Below are positions 1-48,539 of a stretch of DNA of 64,000 bases, piece after piece. The notes under the pieces are model-generated. The model saw only the letters and a list, made by a program, of their open reading frames with translations, did not search any database and was not told where the DNA came from. Origin of the DNA: Octopus vulgaris. Taxonomy: Eukaryota. Location of the stretch: contig OX597834.1 of the NCBI GenBank assembly GCA_951406725.2, positions 4,340,001 to 4,404,000 on the forward strand, given 5' to 3'. Positions within the stretch are counted from its first letter, which is position 1, and each line of letters starts with the position of its first letter. The position numbers and the translations under genes were made by a program.

Positions 1-145
1 ACCGGTAAAATTTCCCCGAGACCCCTAATGAAGGCTAGAGGGTATATCAGCCGAAACATTGTGTTAACAACAAACAAGATGAGGACAAATGTCCGTGTAA
101 TTTAAATAATGTACATAATTCCTCATCTCTAAAATATAGAACTGA
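1..145 (+). mobile_element. 3' part of hammerhead-bearing repeat (same family as 59905-60115), core decayed
   Basis: Near-identical to 60000-60110, but CTAATGA replaces CTGATGA and CA replaces CG in stem III. Confidence 0.75.
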
Positions 146-725
146 AGAATATAATCCTTTATGGAATCACGACAATCATTTGAAGATTAATTGAAAAGTA
201 TTGTAACATTTAATTTCAACAAAATCTATCAAAATATTTACAAACTTAGTATTTGTAAAAAAAAAACATAAAATATATTGCTTTAATATTTTATATTATT
301 TCATATTTAAAATTTAATCTCTGTGTTGTTTATACAACAAAATTTAATAAATATTCTGGGATGAATAAAACTGTTCTTTGGCCAATCTCTACAGAAAAGG
401 TAGTAAACCATAACTTGAATTTATATAATAAAATGAAATATATATGTTGGGTATAAATTAATGTAAATATGATCAAGGAGCCTGGTGCAGCCATCTGGTT
501 CACCAGCCCTCAGTGAAAATCGTCTAACCCATGCTAGCATGGAAAGTGGATGTTAAACGATGATGAGGATGATGATGTTGCTAGTTTACTACAAACTTGA
601 TTAGTTGCATTCTATTTTTACACACATTTGATGTTTATTTAAAGTTGGTTTAATATGATATACGTAGAATTTTGGATCAGTCAATTATCAAACTGCCAAT
701 TATGTTTGTTTTAACACATCTTTAA

Positions 726-941
726 CTCCTTAGTGTTCACATTATTCTGCCAAAAGTAATTATTTAATCACATGTTTGGAATTAATCTTGCATTATCTTG
801 AAGCTTTGAGATTTTCATGAGATAACTGTTGATTTTGAGAATGAGATTGTAGAGTTGGTGTGAAAGGCTGGATATGACCAGTTTGAACATAAAACAAGTA
901 GAGTATTTGGGCCAGATATGGCCCATTTAAATGCTAAAGGA
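726..941. mobile_element. piggyBac-type MITE family (~220 bp); other copies 4114-4332, 23646-23866, and 1695-2447 (split by a CR1 fragment)
   Basis: TTAA flanks, CCCTTTAG...CTAAAGGG-like terminal inverted repeats (TIRs, clearest at 4114-4332), shared internal sequence. Confidence 0.8.
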
Positions 942-1012
942 TTAAACACTGAAGTGTGAAGTAAGAATTTCTAATGAAGCTATAAGGTAATTCAAAACCA
1001 TAAAATTGGAAA

Positions 1013-1393
1013 AACTAGAAAAGCACTTGGAGAGCGCAAACCTCCGCCAAGCAGCTCATTCTAAGATAGATACACGAGTAAGATTACTAATAGAGAAACG
1101 AAAATAAACTTTGGAAACAGCAACGCCACCATAGGTTACGTGGAAACAATGAATGTTTTCAAGGGAGATAATTAAAGAACGTAACATTGTAATACTTCAT
1201 GTAAAGTAAATATAACAAATGAAAAATCCTGGATCACTACCAAAATTTCATCATCTGTTCTTTGTGTCATTATCAACTTTTCCTGCAAGTTTCATCAAAT
1301 ACCATTCACAACTTTTAAAGTTATTTCACACAGACGGACAGACAGACAAACCAGCACCAATGAAAACATAACCTCCTTCCTTGGCGGAGGTAG
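1013..1393. mobile_element. Non-autonomous Helentron/DINE-1-like element
   Basis: Asymmetric subterminal inverted repeats ACCTCCGCCAAG / CTTGGCGGAGGT and an internal (gaca)-type microsatellite near 1330. Confidence 0.55.
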
Positions 1394-1862
1394 TTAGACA
1401 TTTTCATTTTCTAATGACCATAATGTAGTTCTTGACATCAGTAAAACAACTGCTGTTCTTTGCTGTTTTGCTTCAAATCTTAACTGGCATTGATCAAATC
1501 CATACCAGTAGTATACTCCGTATCCTATCAGTTTTATCCCTGCTCCTTAAAAATTAATTAAGCTAAGTCTCTTGGCAAAAGTTAGTCACAGTGAAAGTAA
1601 ATGCAGGTCCTCTGTGTCTAAAGTAAAGCACTCAAACCCTTATATTTTTACTATTCAGGAACAACATTACATTTTCTACATATATTAGGTTTTATCCCTT
1701 CAGCATTTAAACCAGACACATCCAGCCCAAAATATTCTTCTTGTTTTATGTTGAATCCAGCCAGAACTGGCTTATCACACCTACCCTACAATGTTATTCT
1801 AAAAATAACAATCGCACTATCAAAATCTCGAAGCTACAAGATAATACTTGATTAATTTAAAA

Positions 1863-2378
1863 ATAATAATAATAATGAGATTATTGTATACAGTGCTCAG
1901 GTGCACCACAACTTGTCAAAAGTGCGTATAAAGCATATGCAGTAATGTACAAATGTCGGGAAAGCGAACAGTGTATGAGTCAGATACATGCTTGTGTGTG
2001 TATGGAGGGAGAAAAATCAGGTGTAGTGTTGTCGAATCTCAGGAAGCATGGAAGTTTTGAAGGATGCAGTGCCTCCGACAACTAACAACTGATGCCGGCA
2101 GTCTGTTCCACGCTTCAGCAACTCTCAGCATGAAAAAATGTTTCCTAAAGTCATGGGAGCTGTGCTGTTTTCTGACTTTGTAAACATGTCCACGGGTGTT
2201 AGATGGGTGGAGTTTGAAAAGGTGCTCAGAGTTATTGTTTGTAAGATGGTTGATAATTTTATGGGTGTTTGCCAAGTCAGCTGCCAGATGTCGGAGTTTC
2301 AATGTGTCCATGCCCAGGGAAGTAAGGCGTTCAGAATATGGCAAATGCCTGATGGAGGGTATTCTTTTGGTTGCATTT
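1863..2378 (-). mobile_element. CR1-clade LINE, 3' fragment
   Basis: ORF 2039..2344 has YSERL..LG, TRGH..K, FF..RV...WN.LP motifs; (att)n tail; flanked by a repeated tgattaatttaaaa (likely target-site duplication, TSD). Confidence 0.9.
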
Positions 2379-2674
2379 AAATTATTTATTTAAAATGATG
2401 ATTAATTTAAAACAATGTAAACCAATTAGTCTGAAAGCCAAAGAGTTATACTCTCTGAACTAGAACACTGCTTACCTTTATGGCATACATGCATACACAT
2501 TCATACAAGCTCATACATACATTCACACTCCCACACACATGGACCAAATTTCCATTTATTGTATAAACATCATCTGCTATGACCAAATTTATTGTAAATA
2601 ATAAATTCTCTAAATATTTTAGTGTAATACAAGTGTAACTTTCATTATTTTCTGTTTATTTTGGTATTTCACAG

Positions 2675-38000
<35,326 letters not shown>

Positions 38001-38759
38001 AAACTTGTGGAAGACAAATGGAAATCGACTTTCATTGATGCATGTAATCTGCACAACGGCTCCCTTGTTTGTTCTTATTTGTTTCAGAATTGTTAGAAGA
38101 AATTTTATCTTGTTCAACTACTTATGAAATATTGTTGTGATTTATTTTTTGAAAATTCTATTTTAAAATTCAATTAAAAATTAAAATATGCATATAGCAT
38201 GTAGATACAGATGCACTCAGATACAGATACACACACACACAGAGCTACACATACATGCACACAGATACATATGGATGTGCTCAGATATACACATATATGC
38301 ACATATAAATTAATTATTGACTGAGAGCCCAAAACTTTCCAATGAGTGTTTCATATAATTTGAATCCGTAAAAGAACAACTATAGACACAGACACACAGA
38401 CATACATTCATACATACATTCATACATACATTCATACATACATACATACATTCATACATACATTCATACATACATTCATACATACATACACACACATGTA
38501 CACCGTTACCAGTTTAAATTTTTTGTGTTCTCTTATGTTAAATATGTTCTCATTAACTTAAATAATTTAACATGTGTACAACATGCAAAAATTATTTTTT
38601 TTTCTCTGATTATTTCTACTTTTCTACAAATGTACATTTGCTTAGTTATTCTCTTTCCATTGCACAGTCATTACAGGGAAAACTGTGTTTGCTGAGGCAT
38701 TATAACACTGAAATGCATTTTGGAGTAGTCTCCATACTTGCTTTAAGAACATTACCATG

Positions 38760-38765
38760 AATAAA
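38760..38765 (+). promoter_or_regulatory. Candidate polyadenylation signal for annexin (alternative AATAAA at 39555-39560)
   Basis: AATAAA about 760 nt after the stop; such hexamers are common in AT-rich DNA, so support is weak. Confidence 0.3.
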
Positions 38766-40103
38766 AGCATTAACATTTTTATCAAAATATTCTACCAGTT
38801 TCAGTCATATAAAGAGATGTTTTAGTCATGCTAAACTGTGTAGTTTTCTCCGCATCTTCAGTATGTAATTATATAGATTAAGTTTTCAGATACACTGGAG
38901 AAATTATTATTCATGGGAATAACTGAGGAGATGTGTCATTAAGACAACTCTTGATTCAGCGTAGATCATAAATTAAAATAAGGGTTTACAGACACATAGG
39001 ACTCAGTGAACATATAGACAAATAAAAAACAACCAAATTTTGCTATTTTTTTGTATCAATTGAGCAATCATGCAACACAACAACAACAACACATCAACAA
39101 AGAAACAACCTTCATAACCAAATACTAACCACTTCTAAATAGCTGTGGGAGAAGAAGGGAGACAACTACCACCACCCTTAACTTTTGCTGAAGCTGCTCC
39201 GATGCTACTAGTTAGATTGACCACAACCTCAACTACTACAGCATTGCTGTTGCTATTACTGTAACGATTCCTTAATGAAAACAGACAATTGCAACTGTTA
39301 CGCTACAAGGACACTATGGCCATAAGAAGGGATTAGACTATCAGCACAATGTAAGAAAAATCATATGGTTTGCAGAACTAATATCATGAATGATTAATTC
39401 AAATAAATTTATTCCAATTTAATTTTCACTTTCCTCACAGAATGACTAAATCATTTTTTAAAGTGATTGAAACCAGTAGCATATTTTGATAAGAATGTAA
39501 AAACTTTCTTCTATCCATTATAAAGTTCTGAAAACATTTTCATCTTCTTGTTTTAATAAAATAAATTTCTTCATGTGAAACTGTTTAACCTTTTCAATAT
39601 ATATACATATATATGTGCATACGCACAGTTATATGTATAAAGGTATGTGTGTTTGAATGTATACAGATGATTATGGCTTCATACTGGTAGGAATTGCAAT
39701 AATACAAAAATGTACTCAATACTAACTAACCATTAGACTAGAATAACTATTCAAAGCTAAAACTGCATGAATCACTACTCTGAGTTTTTTGTTCTTTCAA
39801 AAAATTCTGGCTTCTCCAAAATGGTAAACTTGTTCCCATCATACTTCAAACTTTCAATGCCTCACCTTATCTCTTATCTTCCCTCTCAGTTGAGGTGGTT
39901 CATAAGTCTTGTGAGTTAGTTATGGTGCTATGAACAAACATCTTGTGAAGTAGTTGGCATTAGAAAAGGATTATAGTTATAGAAATTATGCCAAAACTGA
40001 GACACAGAAGCAAGACATTTTCCTCTAACCTGGTGGATCTTCTTAGAACATCCAACACATACCAGCCTGGAAAATAGACATAAAAGTGAAGCTGAAGCTG
40101 ATA

Positions 40104-40292
<189 letters not shown>

Positions 40293-41108
40293 CATTAAAT
40301 ATATATATATATGTATATATATATATGTATATATATAACTTCAGCTTCAGCATCAATTCTATCTCTATTTTATATATACATGTGTGTGTATGTATATGTA
40401 TATATGTAAAAATGTATGTATATGTATGCATATATGTATATATGTATGTATATGTATGTGTGTGTATATATATACATACACATATATATATGCATGCATG
40501 TATGTAGAAGTAAATGTATGGACAAGCAAGTTAGACAGATCAATATATAAAATATATTCTTTTCTACCCTTGGTACAAAGCACAAAATTTTGGGGGAGGG
40601 GGCCAGTCGATTAGATCGACCCCAGCACAGAACTGGCACCTAATTTATCGACCCTGAAAGGTTGAAAGGCAAAGCCAACCTCAGCAGAATTTGAACTTAA
40701 ATTCGGACATAAAGACAGACGAAATGCTGCTTGCCACCTTAATATATAAAGTATATTAAATACATGAAATACAAAACAATGTATATGTATACGTATATGT
40801 ATACGTATATGTATACGTATATGTATACGTACCTCACTATCTCAGCTATTAATTCTATAATTTTCACATAAACCTAACACAATAGACTACCATTCACATA
40901 CTACCGACACCACCTTCCCCTCTTCCTCCTACTTTCTACCTCTACTACTCCCACCTAGTCTCTTTATTAATCCCTCGCTCTTGAAATTTATTTTATTCTC
41001 ACACTATTTCCTATCTGTATACCTTGCCAATTCCCTGCTCTAATAAATTTAGCTCTCCACATTCAATCTCTGAACTTATTTCCTTCAACATTTCAAATGT
41101 AAGATCTC

Positions 41109-41201
41109 ATCCCTGAAGACTGAGGCTCATCTCATCCTATGATGGAATCACTCTACAAGCATTATTATGCACCGTCAAGCCCTCAGAAACAGCTGTTGGA
41201 T
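41109..41201 (+). ncRNA. Type-I hammerhead motif with long loop II
   Basis: AUCC CUGAAGA C UGAGG..(~55 nt)..CCUCA GAAA CAGCUG UU GGAU; palindromic stem III. Confidence 0.7.
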
Positions 41202-41809
41202 ATATAATACTTTTCTTCAACCCCATTAATTCTTTATACCATTTGTATTCTGTGCATGTAGACCATTTACATGGTTACATATGCATTTATTGTATTTCAG
41301 GTATTTAATATGCTATATATATATATATACTAATCTCGCTAACTTGCTTATCCATACATTTACATCTATAACTGCTCAAGTTTAAATGTCTTGATCACTA
41401 CTAAATGTCTTCCTTACGGGGAATATCTGGATCTCATCTATAAACAGTCTGCATGTATGTATGTATGTCTACCTATATATATATATATATGTGTATGTAT
41501 GTTTGTATGTGTATATATATGTGTGCATGTATAGGTATGTATGTATATATATATATATGTATAGATATGTATGTATATATATATATATATATATATATGT
41601 ATGGATATGTATGTGTGTATATATATATATATGTATGTATGGATATGTATGTGTGTATATATATATATATGTATGTATGGATATGTATGTGTATATATAT
41701 ATATGTATGTATGGATATGTATGCATATATATATGTATAGATATGTATGCACATATATATATATGTATAGATATGTATGCGTATATATATCTATCTATGT
41801 ATAGATATG

Positions 41810-41846
<37 letters not shown>

Positions 41847-41874
41847 CTGTATATATATGTATGTATATATATTG

Positions 41875-42072
41875 TATAAAGGATCATAGGTAAGGCCTAA
41901 ACAATATAAAGTAAATGCAAGGTAAATCACAAGAAAAACATATATGAATTAAATAATGGAGTCATAACCTCGAAATATTGAATGCAAGGTGTAAGTCTAC
42001 ATTAATTCAAATATTTGTTTTCTTGTGATTTACCTTGCATTTACTTTGCATTGTTTTGGCATTACACATGAC

Positions 42073-42080
<8 letters not shown>
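41875..42080. mobile_element. Foldback MITE in (TA)n; related copy 43133-43377
   Basis: Arms AAAGTAAATGCAAGGTAAATCACAAGAAAA / TTTTCTTGTGATTTACCTTGCATTTACTTT. Confidence 0.7.
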
Positions 42081-42111
<31 letters not shown>

Positions 42112-42703
42112 TAGTAGGTAGTATGTATGTATATATTTATATATATATTCAATATATGACTCTGTGTGTAGTGTTGGCGATTTTCTTTCTCCGTCTTCCC
42201 ATCATTGGACTTTTTCTATATTTCTCTCCGTGTTTCTTTCTGTGTTCCTTTCTTTGGAAGAGCATAGGTCCGAAACATTAAAGACTTTTCACTTCCAAAG
42301 CATTAAACTAATACATCTGCTTGTTGACTACAACACCTGCCTTCGTTTTCTTGTGTGTATATATATATATGTGTATGTATATGTATCTATATATATGTGT
42401 GTATATATATATGTATCTATATATATGTGTGTGTATGTATATATATGTATCTATATACATGTGTATATATATATATATGTATGTATGTATATATATATAT
42501 ATATCTATGTATGTATATATATGTATGTATGTATATATGTATATACGTATGTATATATATATATGTATATGTATGTGTATATATATATATGTATCTATAT
42601 GTATGTATATACATATGTGTATGTATATATATATATGTATGTATGTATGTATATATATATGTGTGTGTATGTATATATATATATATATGTATATGTATAT
42701 ATG

Positions 42704-42738
<35 letters not shown>

Positions 42739-43414
42739 GCATATATATGTATATATATATATGATATAAATATATTTTCTATATATGTATGTACATATAT
42801 ACATGCATTTTATATATATATTATATATTTATATATATTATAAAAATTGATGTTATATGTATATACATATATCTATGTTGTTTTATTTATGTATATTTAT
42901 ATATATTTATATGTATGATATATATATGTGTATGTATATTATATATATATTATAGATATGTATGTATATTTTTATATACTATATATGTGTATATTTATAT
43001 ATATTATATACATATGTATCTATATTTTTTCATATATACATATGTATGACTATTTACACAATATATGTATGGATATATATGTATATACGTATGTGTGTAA
43101 GTATGGAAGTGTGTGTGTATATATATATATAGTATAAAAATCGTATGTAAGGTCAAAACAATGCAAAGGAAACGAATACTTGAATTAATGTAGACTTTGT
43201 ATTGAATATTTCGGGGTGTTGAGCCCATGTTCAACATTCACCAATTTCTTGAAAATGTGGCCATCACCCCGATATATTGAATACAAGGTAAGTCTACATT
43301 AATCCACATATTTGTTTCCTTGTCATTTACCCTGCATTTACTTCGCATTGTTTTGGCCTTAGGCACGATCTTTTATGCAATATTTTCTACACAACGCTTC
43401 ATAGTAATTATTCC

Positions 43415-43466
<52 letters not shown>

Positions 43467-43559
43467 CACACGTGTGTCTATATGTATAAATACACATGTA
43501 TTTACATATATGTGTATATGTGTGTGTATGTATGAAGGTACACACTATCACAAACACAT

Positions 43560-44720
43560 AGTGTTTTATAAGTTGCTTTTAGCATTTTCGATTTTGAAAT
43601 CTAAAGATATCTAGTTTAATCATCCTGCTCTTATATATATACAATTATAATAACTCTATATGATAATGTGTTTTATTTCCACAGACATTTTAAAGAGGTA
43701 GAAAATAACGTGCCTTTTTATAACATTTGTTTTGTTGTATTTTTTGTTCCTACTTTTGAATTACTTTCATGAAAAATAAAATTTATCAAACAAATAAATT
43801 ATTTTATTGTTGGTGTAGTTTGTGGTGGTGCATGGTGTGTGGTTGGCATTAGTGGTATTAGTAAGTGAGTTCTTGTTATTTGGGCTGCTTATAGGGTGAT
43901 GAGGGTTTAGGAATTTGATTCTTTGTTTATATCCTGATTTCAGTAGTGTGGAGTTATAGGCTTCTTTATGTCTGTTAAAGATGTCTATGTTGGAAGAGAG
44001 GTGTGATATTCTATTGCTAATGCTACGTACTAGGCTTATCTTAATAAAGTTGGGGTGATTACTTGCAGCGTTAATGTATTTGAGGTTCGTGTTGGGTTTC
44101 ATGTAGGGTTCATAGAGTCCTGTGGCTAGGTTGCAGGTTGTGTCTAAGTAGTTAATAGAGGTGTGTTCCTTTTCGATAGAAATAGTCCAAATCTTTTGAA
44201 GAATTTCTGTAGTTTTTCTTGATAAGCTCTAGTTTCCTATTTGAGAGTTTCTTAATTATGAAGAGAGCGTCATCTCTGTATAATCCGCCTTTGAGTTCCG
44301 GGAGTTCGTCCTGTATGTATGATAGCATGTAGGTACCTACCAGGTCAGTTACTTGTGCTGAATCTGGGGCTCCCACTGTGATATAAAAAGAGTTAAGGGT
44401 ATCTTTACGTACCCAGAGTTTGTTATCAAAGCCAATAAGTGATTTCCTCTTTAAGATATGCACTTTTGGGTGGAATGGGTATATCTCTTAAAGAGGCTTC
44501 CATTGTTATTTTCTCCATTTTGCCAGTGTGCGGTTAGTTGATGCCGGCTAAAGTATCTTAGTCCGGAGGTTATAAGTTGTGTAGGTATCAATTTAGAGGG
44601 GTTTAATACTTCTATGGGATAATTAAATCCAGAGTCACTCCTGACTATTGGCTGGGTAGGTACAGTCTTTTGTAAGATGCGGTAGCAATCGGTTCGGTTG
44701 GTAAATCGGAGTTTAGGTTA
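43560..44720 (-). mobile_element. Penelope-like element RT fragment (Naiad-type), decayed
   Basis: GAPDSAQVTDLVG...GGLYRDDAL (ORF 44152..44463) and KPN..LKYINAASNHP..I...ISNRISHLSSN..IF (ORF 43767..44102). Confidence 0.85.
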
Positions 44721-44766
44721 TATGGGAGAAGAAAATGGATAAAATAACAATGGGAAACTCGTGGTT

Positions 44767-44802
<36 letters not shown>

Positions 44803-45071
44803 GAGGCGCAATGGCCCAGTGGTTAGGTTGTAGGATCGCGGTTTCGATTCCCAGACCGGGCATTGTGAGTGTTTATTGAGCGAAAACACCTAAAAGCTCC
44901 ACGAGGCTCCGGCAGGGGGTGGTGATCCCTGCTGTACTCTTTCACCACTCTTTCTTCTGTTGGCCTGCTCGCTTAGCCAGCGGGATGACGTCATTCGAAG
45001 GTTAAAACAGTGCGAACGCATTGTAACCAGCGATGTGTAACAACATCTGATGGACTGGTCGGTCACGTGAT

Positions 45072-45104
<33 letters not shown>

Positions 45105-45387
45105 ATAACAAAGGGTAAAATTATTTAATTAAGAAGTAATCAGTAATTTCACCAAGTAGAATTCGGCATGAAAAAGACCATTTCATGGTAAGCTTAAGTA
45201 ATACTTTATAATTAGGGTTCAGCAAAGATTTACTTCACCACATACCGAAGTTTAGAAATAGTTTTCAAGTACTTTGGTTTTTCTGGGAGTCCCTTTTAAA
45301 GTAGAAGAAATAGCTAAGGTTTTTTGACTGCTATTTCTAAACTTCGGTATGTGGTGAAGTAAATCTTTGCTGAACCCTAATTATAAA

Positions 45388-45443
<56 letters not shown>

Positions 45444-45739
45444 GTATAGGACAGACTTCTTTCAAACTGAAAGTACTATCTCATATAACAATTTAGACGT
45501 ACAAGTAGATAATGGTGTTGAATGCTGCCTTGCAAATAAAACAATCCTTTATAGAACTGAAGGCTCACAAAGCCGACTTTATGAACAACTCTCAGTGCTG
45601 ACTAATAAAATCAACAAAATAGAAATTAGACAAAATAAGCAAAATGATCGTGATAAAAATCAGCTCAAAATACGACAGGTCACTGGATTTAAACAATAGA
45701 CAACCTTAAAAAAATGTCATCGAATTGTTCCACAACATA

Positions 45740-46790
45740 AATAGCAAAAATGTCCTGTATGTTCACGCTATTTGATATCGTCCACTTTCACTCTTCCATC
45801 AGAAAACCTCAATTTTTTTGATAGTCGAGTAAAACTCAACTATATCAAATAGCATGAACCTGTAGGACGAAAACATTTACTATGATATCAGAAAATCTCA
45901 ATTTCTAAAACCACTAAACCACAGCAAAAGGTTCGCTAAAATCACTGACTATAAAATAGGCATCACGATGAAAAGAAATCTCTCTGGTCCCTTGACAAAA
46001 CAGCCTGGATGATAAAAAAAAAAGAAAATGATGACCTCTTCTAGAAACGTCAGCAAGGGACTTTCGAAAATTTTGTCTGGTAAGGAAATCTTCGACCAAG
46101 CAGCACCACTCTATAATGAATTCATAAAATCAAACTTATTTCATGAAAAGCTGCAATATTCACCAAAAACATTACAAACAGGTGCCAAACAAAAGAAACC
46201 CAGGAAAGTGAATATCTGGCTTAACCCAAGTTCAGCCGTAATGTAGCACACACCTTCCAAACACTAATCAGCAAGCACCTTTCAAGTAAGCCCAAATAAC
46301 CCAAATTATTCAACAGAAAAAATACAAAAGTTAACTCTGGCCGCAAGAAAGCATAAAAATATTATAGAATTATGAAACAGTGACACACATAGAAACAGAA
46401 AAAGAACCGAAAATAAATGCAATTTCAGAAGAATTAGGACGTGCCCATTACCTTGAAATTATTTTTATAATTTATATAGCAACAGTTTCCCAACAGAAAC
46501 ACAAACATTGGCATCATCAATAGCACCTTAAAAACATACGCACAACATACTCACGCTTTCCGAACCATATACAAAAGGAATGCAACATCACTGCCCAAAC
46601 ACCTCTGGGAGTTAAGGGAAAGCAATATCACCACAAATGTAAAATAGTAAATTAACTGTGTACCTTATATAAACAATTCTGGTATCTGCCTCCTCTGCAG
46701 TACGGTAAAAAGCCACATAATCATAAAATATACACATTCTAAATAAGAGAAATGAAATCATATCACGATGCAGACTCAAAATAGATTAAT
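45740..46790 (+). mobile_element. Highly decayed Penelope-like (Naiad-type) fragment
   Basis: LS...IFDQAAPLYNE...KKPRKVNIWLNP in ORF 46028..46246; later KLFNRKNTKV-like and C.LC remnants. Confidence 0.6.
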
Positions 46791-46794
46791 TTTT

Positions 46795-47585
46795 GTCAAC
46801 GGGTGGTGAAGGGCAGTCAACCCTTATGTGACCCTTTTGGCTACATCAGTAACACCTAGGGATTCTGCCCTCCACTTTCACCCTCAGCACTATATCCGCT
46901 ACAGCTATTGTTTCTATAATTTTTTCGAGGACTTCTGGGGTGGCCTGAATCAATAACTCAAGCCCTTGCCTCTGCCAGTTCCTATGATCCGTACACGTGG
47001 ATTAGAGGACCACCACTTCCTCCTCCAAGCCCAACAAGATTGCGTCCACCAGCCAGGCTGCATTTATCTCTGGGGGTATGTCCTCCACCTTCACCCTGGA
47101 AGTACGTCTTCCGTGTAGGTGGGCAGGAGCGCTACCTCCTTCGATTTTAGCGGGTTTACAGAGTGCAGCCTGGAGGTTGTTGCATCCTCGAACCGTATCT
47201 CCACCGTGCCGTACTTCCTACCTCTATTAATGTGCACAATATCGCTCCATATGGGCTTTAATGCCATTTCAATTTGGCTTTGGGACAAAATTTCTACTTT
47301 TTGACTCTCCGCCGAAACAAATCGAAATAATTTTTTCATCTGACTCAACATGATATTCCGGGGCGGGGACACATTAACATAACTTCCATCCTTTTTTTAA
47401 CAATTCATTGAACCTTCCAACTTGTTTCATCAATATATTTCTCACTGCTTTTGGCGGCCTTTGCAAAGTCCATCTTATCCACGTTATCAAAGGCTCTAAG
47501 GAGTTCCTCTTCTGAGGAGGAATACTCAAACGAGCTCATGCTATCAGTATTGGACATATCTACGCAGCCTGCTGCAAAAGGGGAA
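46795..47585 (-). mobile_element. Probable LINE ORF1 (RRM-like) 5' fragment, frameshifted
   Basis: Non-repetitive coding-like segment (ORF 47091..47372 and end of 47405..47884) with INRGRKYGTVEIRF...RVKVEDIPPE; abuts a (TATG)n tract. Family not identified. Confidence 0.45.
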
Positions 47586-47969
47586 TGTATGTATGTATGT
47601 ATGTATGTATGTATGTATGTATGTATGTATGTATGTATGTATGCGTGCATACATGTTAGTATGTATGTATGCATGTATGTATGTATGTCTGTATGTATGT
47701 ATGTATGTATGCATGTGTGTGTGTGTGTGTGAATGTATGTATGTGTGTGTGAATGTATGTATGTATGTATGTGTGTGTATGTATGTATGTATATATGTGA
47801 GTATTTACGTATGTAAGTGTGTAGACGTGTTTGCGTGTATGTATATGCAAACGGATGTTTATGTCCTGATATGTGTCTGTTCAAGTTGTATATATGACTG
47901 TTACTCTGTCGAAGGTTGTATGTATGTATATTTACTGTTAAAAAACAAATCGTATATTTTCGTTTAATG

Positions 47970-48047
<78 letters not shown>

Positions 48048-48255
48048 TCTCTAGTTTCAGCTCAGAACTGCGGCCATGCTGATGCACCGCCGTTTAAATA
48101 TGTGGCTGTGTGATAAGTAGCTTGCTTACGAACCACACGGTTCCGGGTTCAGTCTTATTGCGTGGCACCTTGGGCAAGTGTCTTCCACTATAGCCTCGGG
48201 CTGACCAAAGCCTTGTGAGTGGATTTGGTAGACGGAATCTGAAAGAAACCCGTCG

Positions 48256-48290
<35 letters not shown>

Positions 48291-48539
48291 GTGTGTGTAT
48301 ATGTTTGTGTGTCTGTGTTTGTCCCCCCCCCAACATCACTTGACAACCGATGCTGGTGTGTTTAGGTCCCCGTAACTTGCGGTTCAGCAAAAGAGACCGA
48401 TAGAATAAGTACTAGGCTTACAAAGAATAAGTCCTGGTGTCGATTTGCTCGACCAAAGGCGGTGCTCCAGCATAGCCACAGTCACATGACTGAAACAAAT
48501 AAAATAGTATATATATATATAAATTAAAAAAGGAAAATA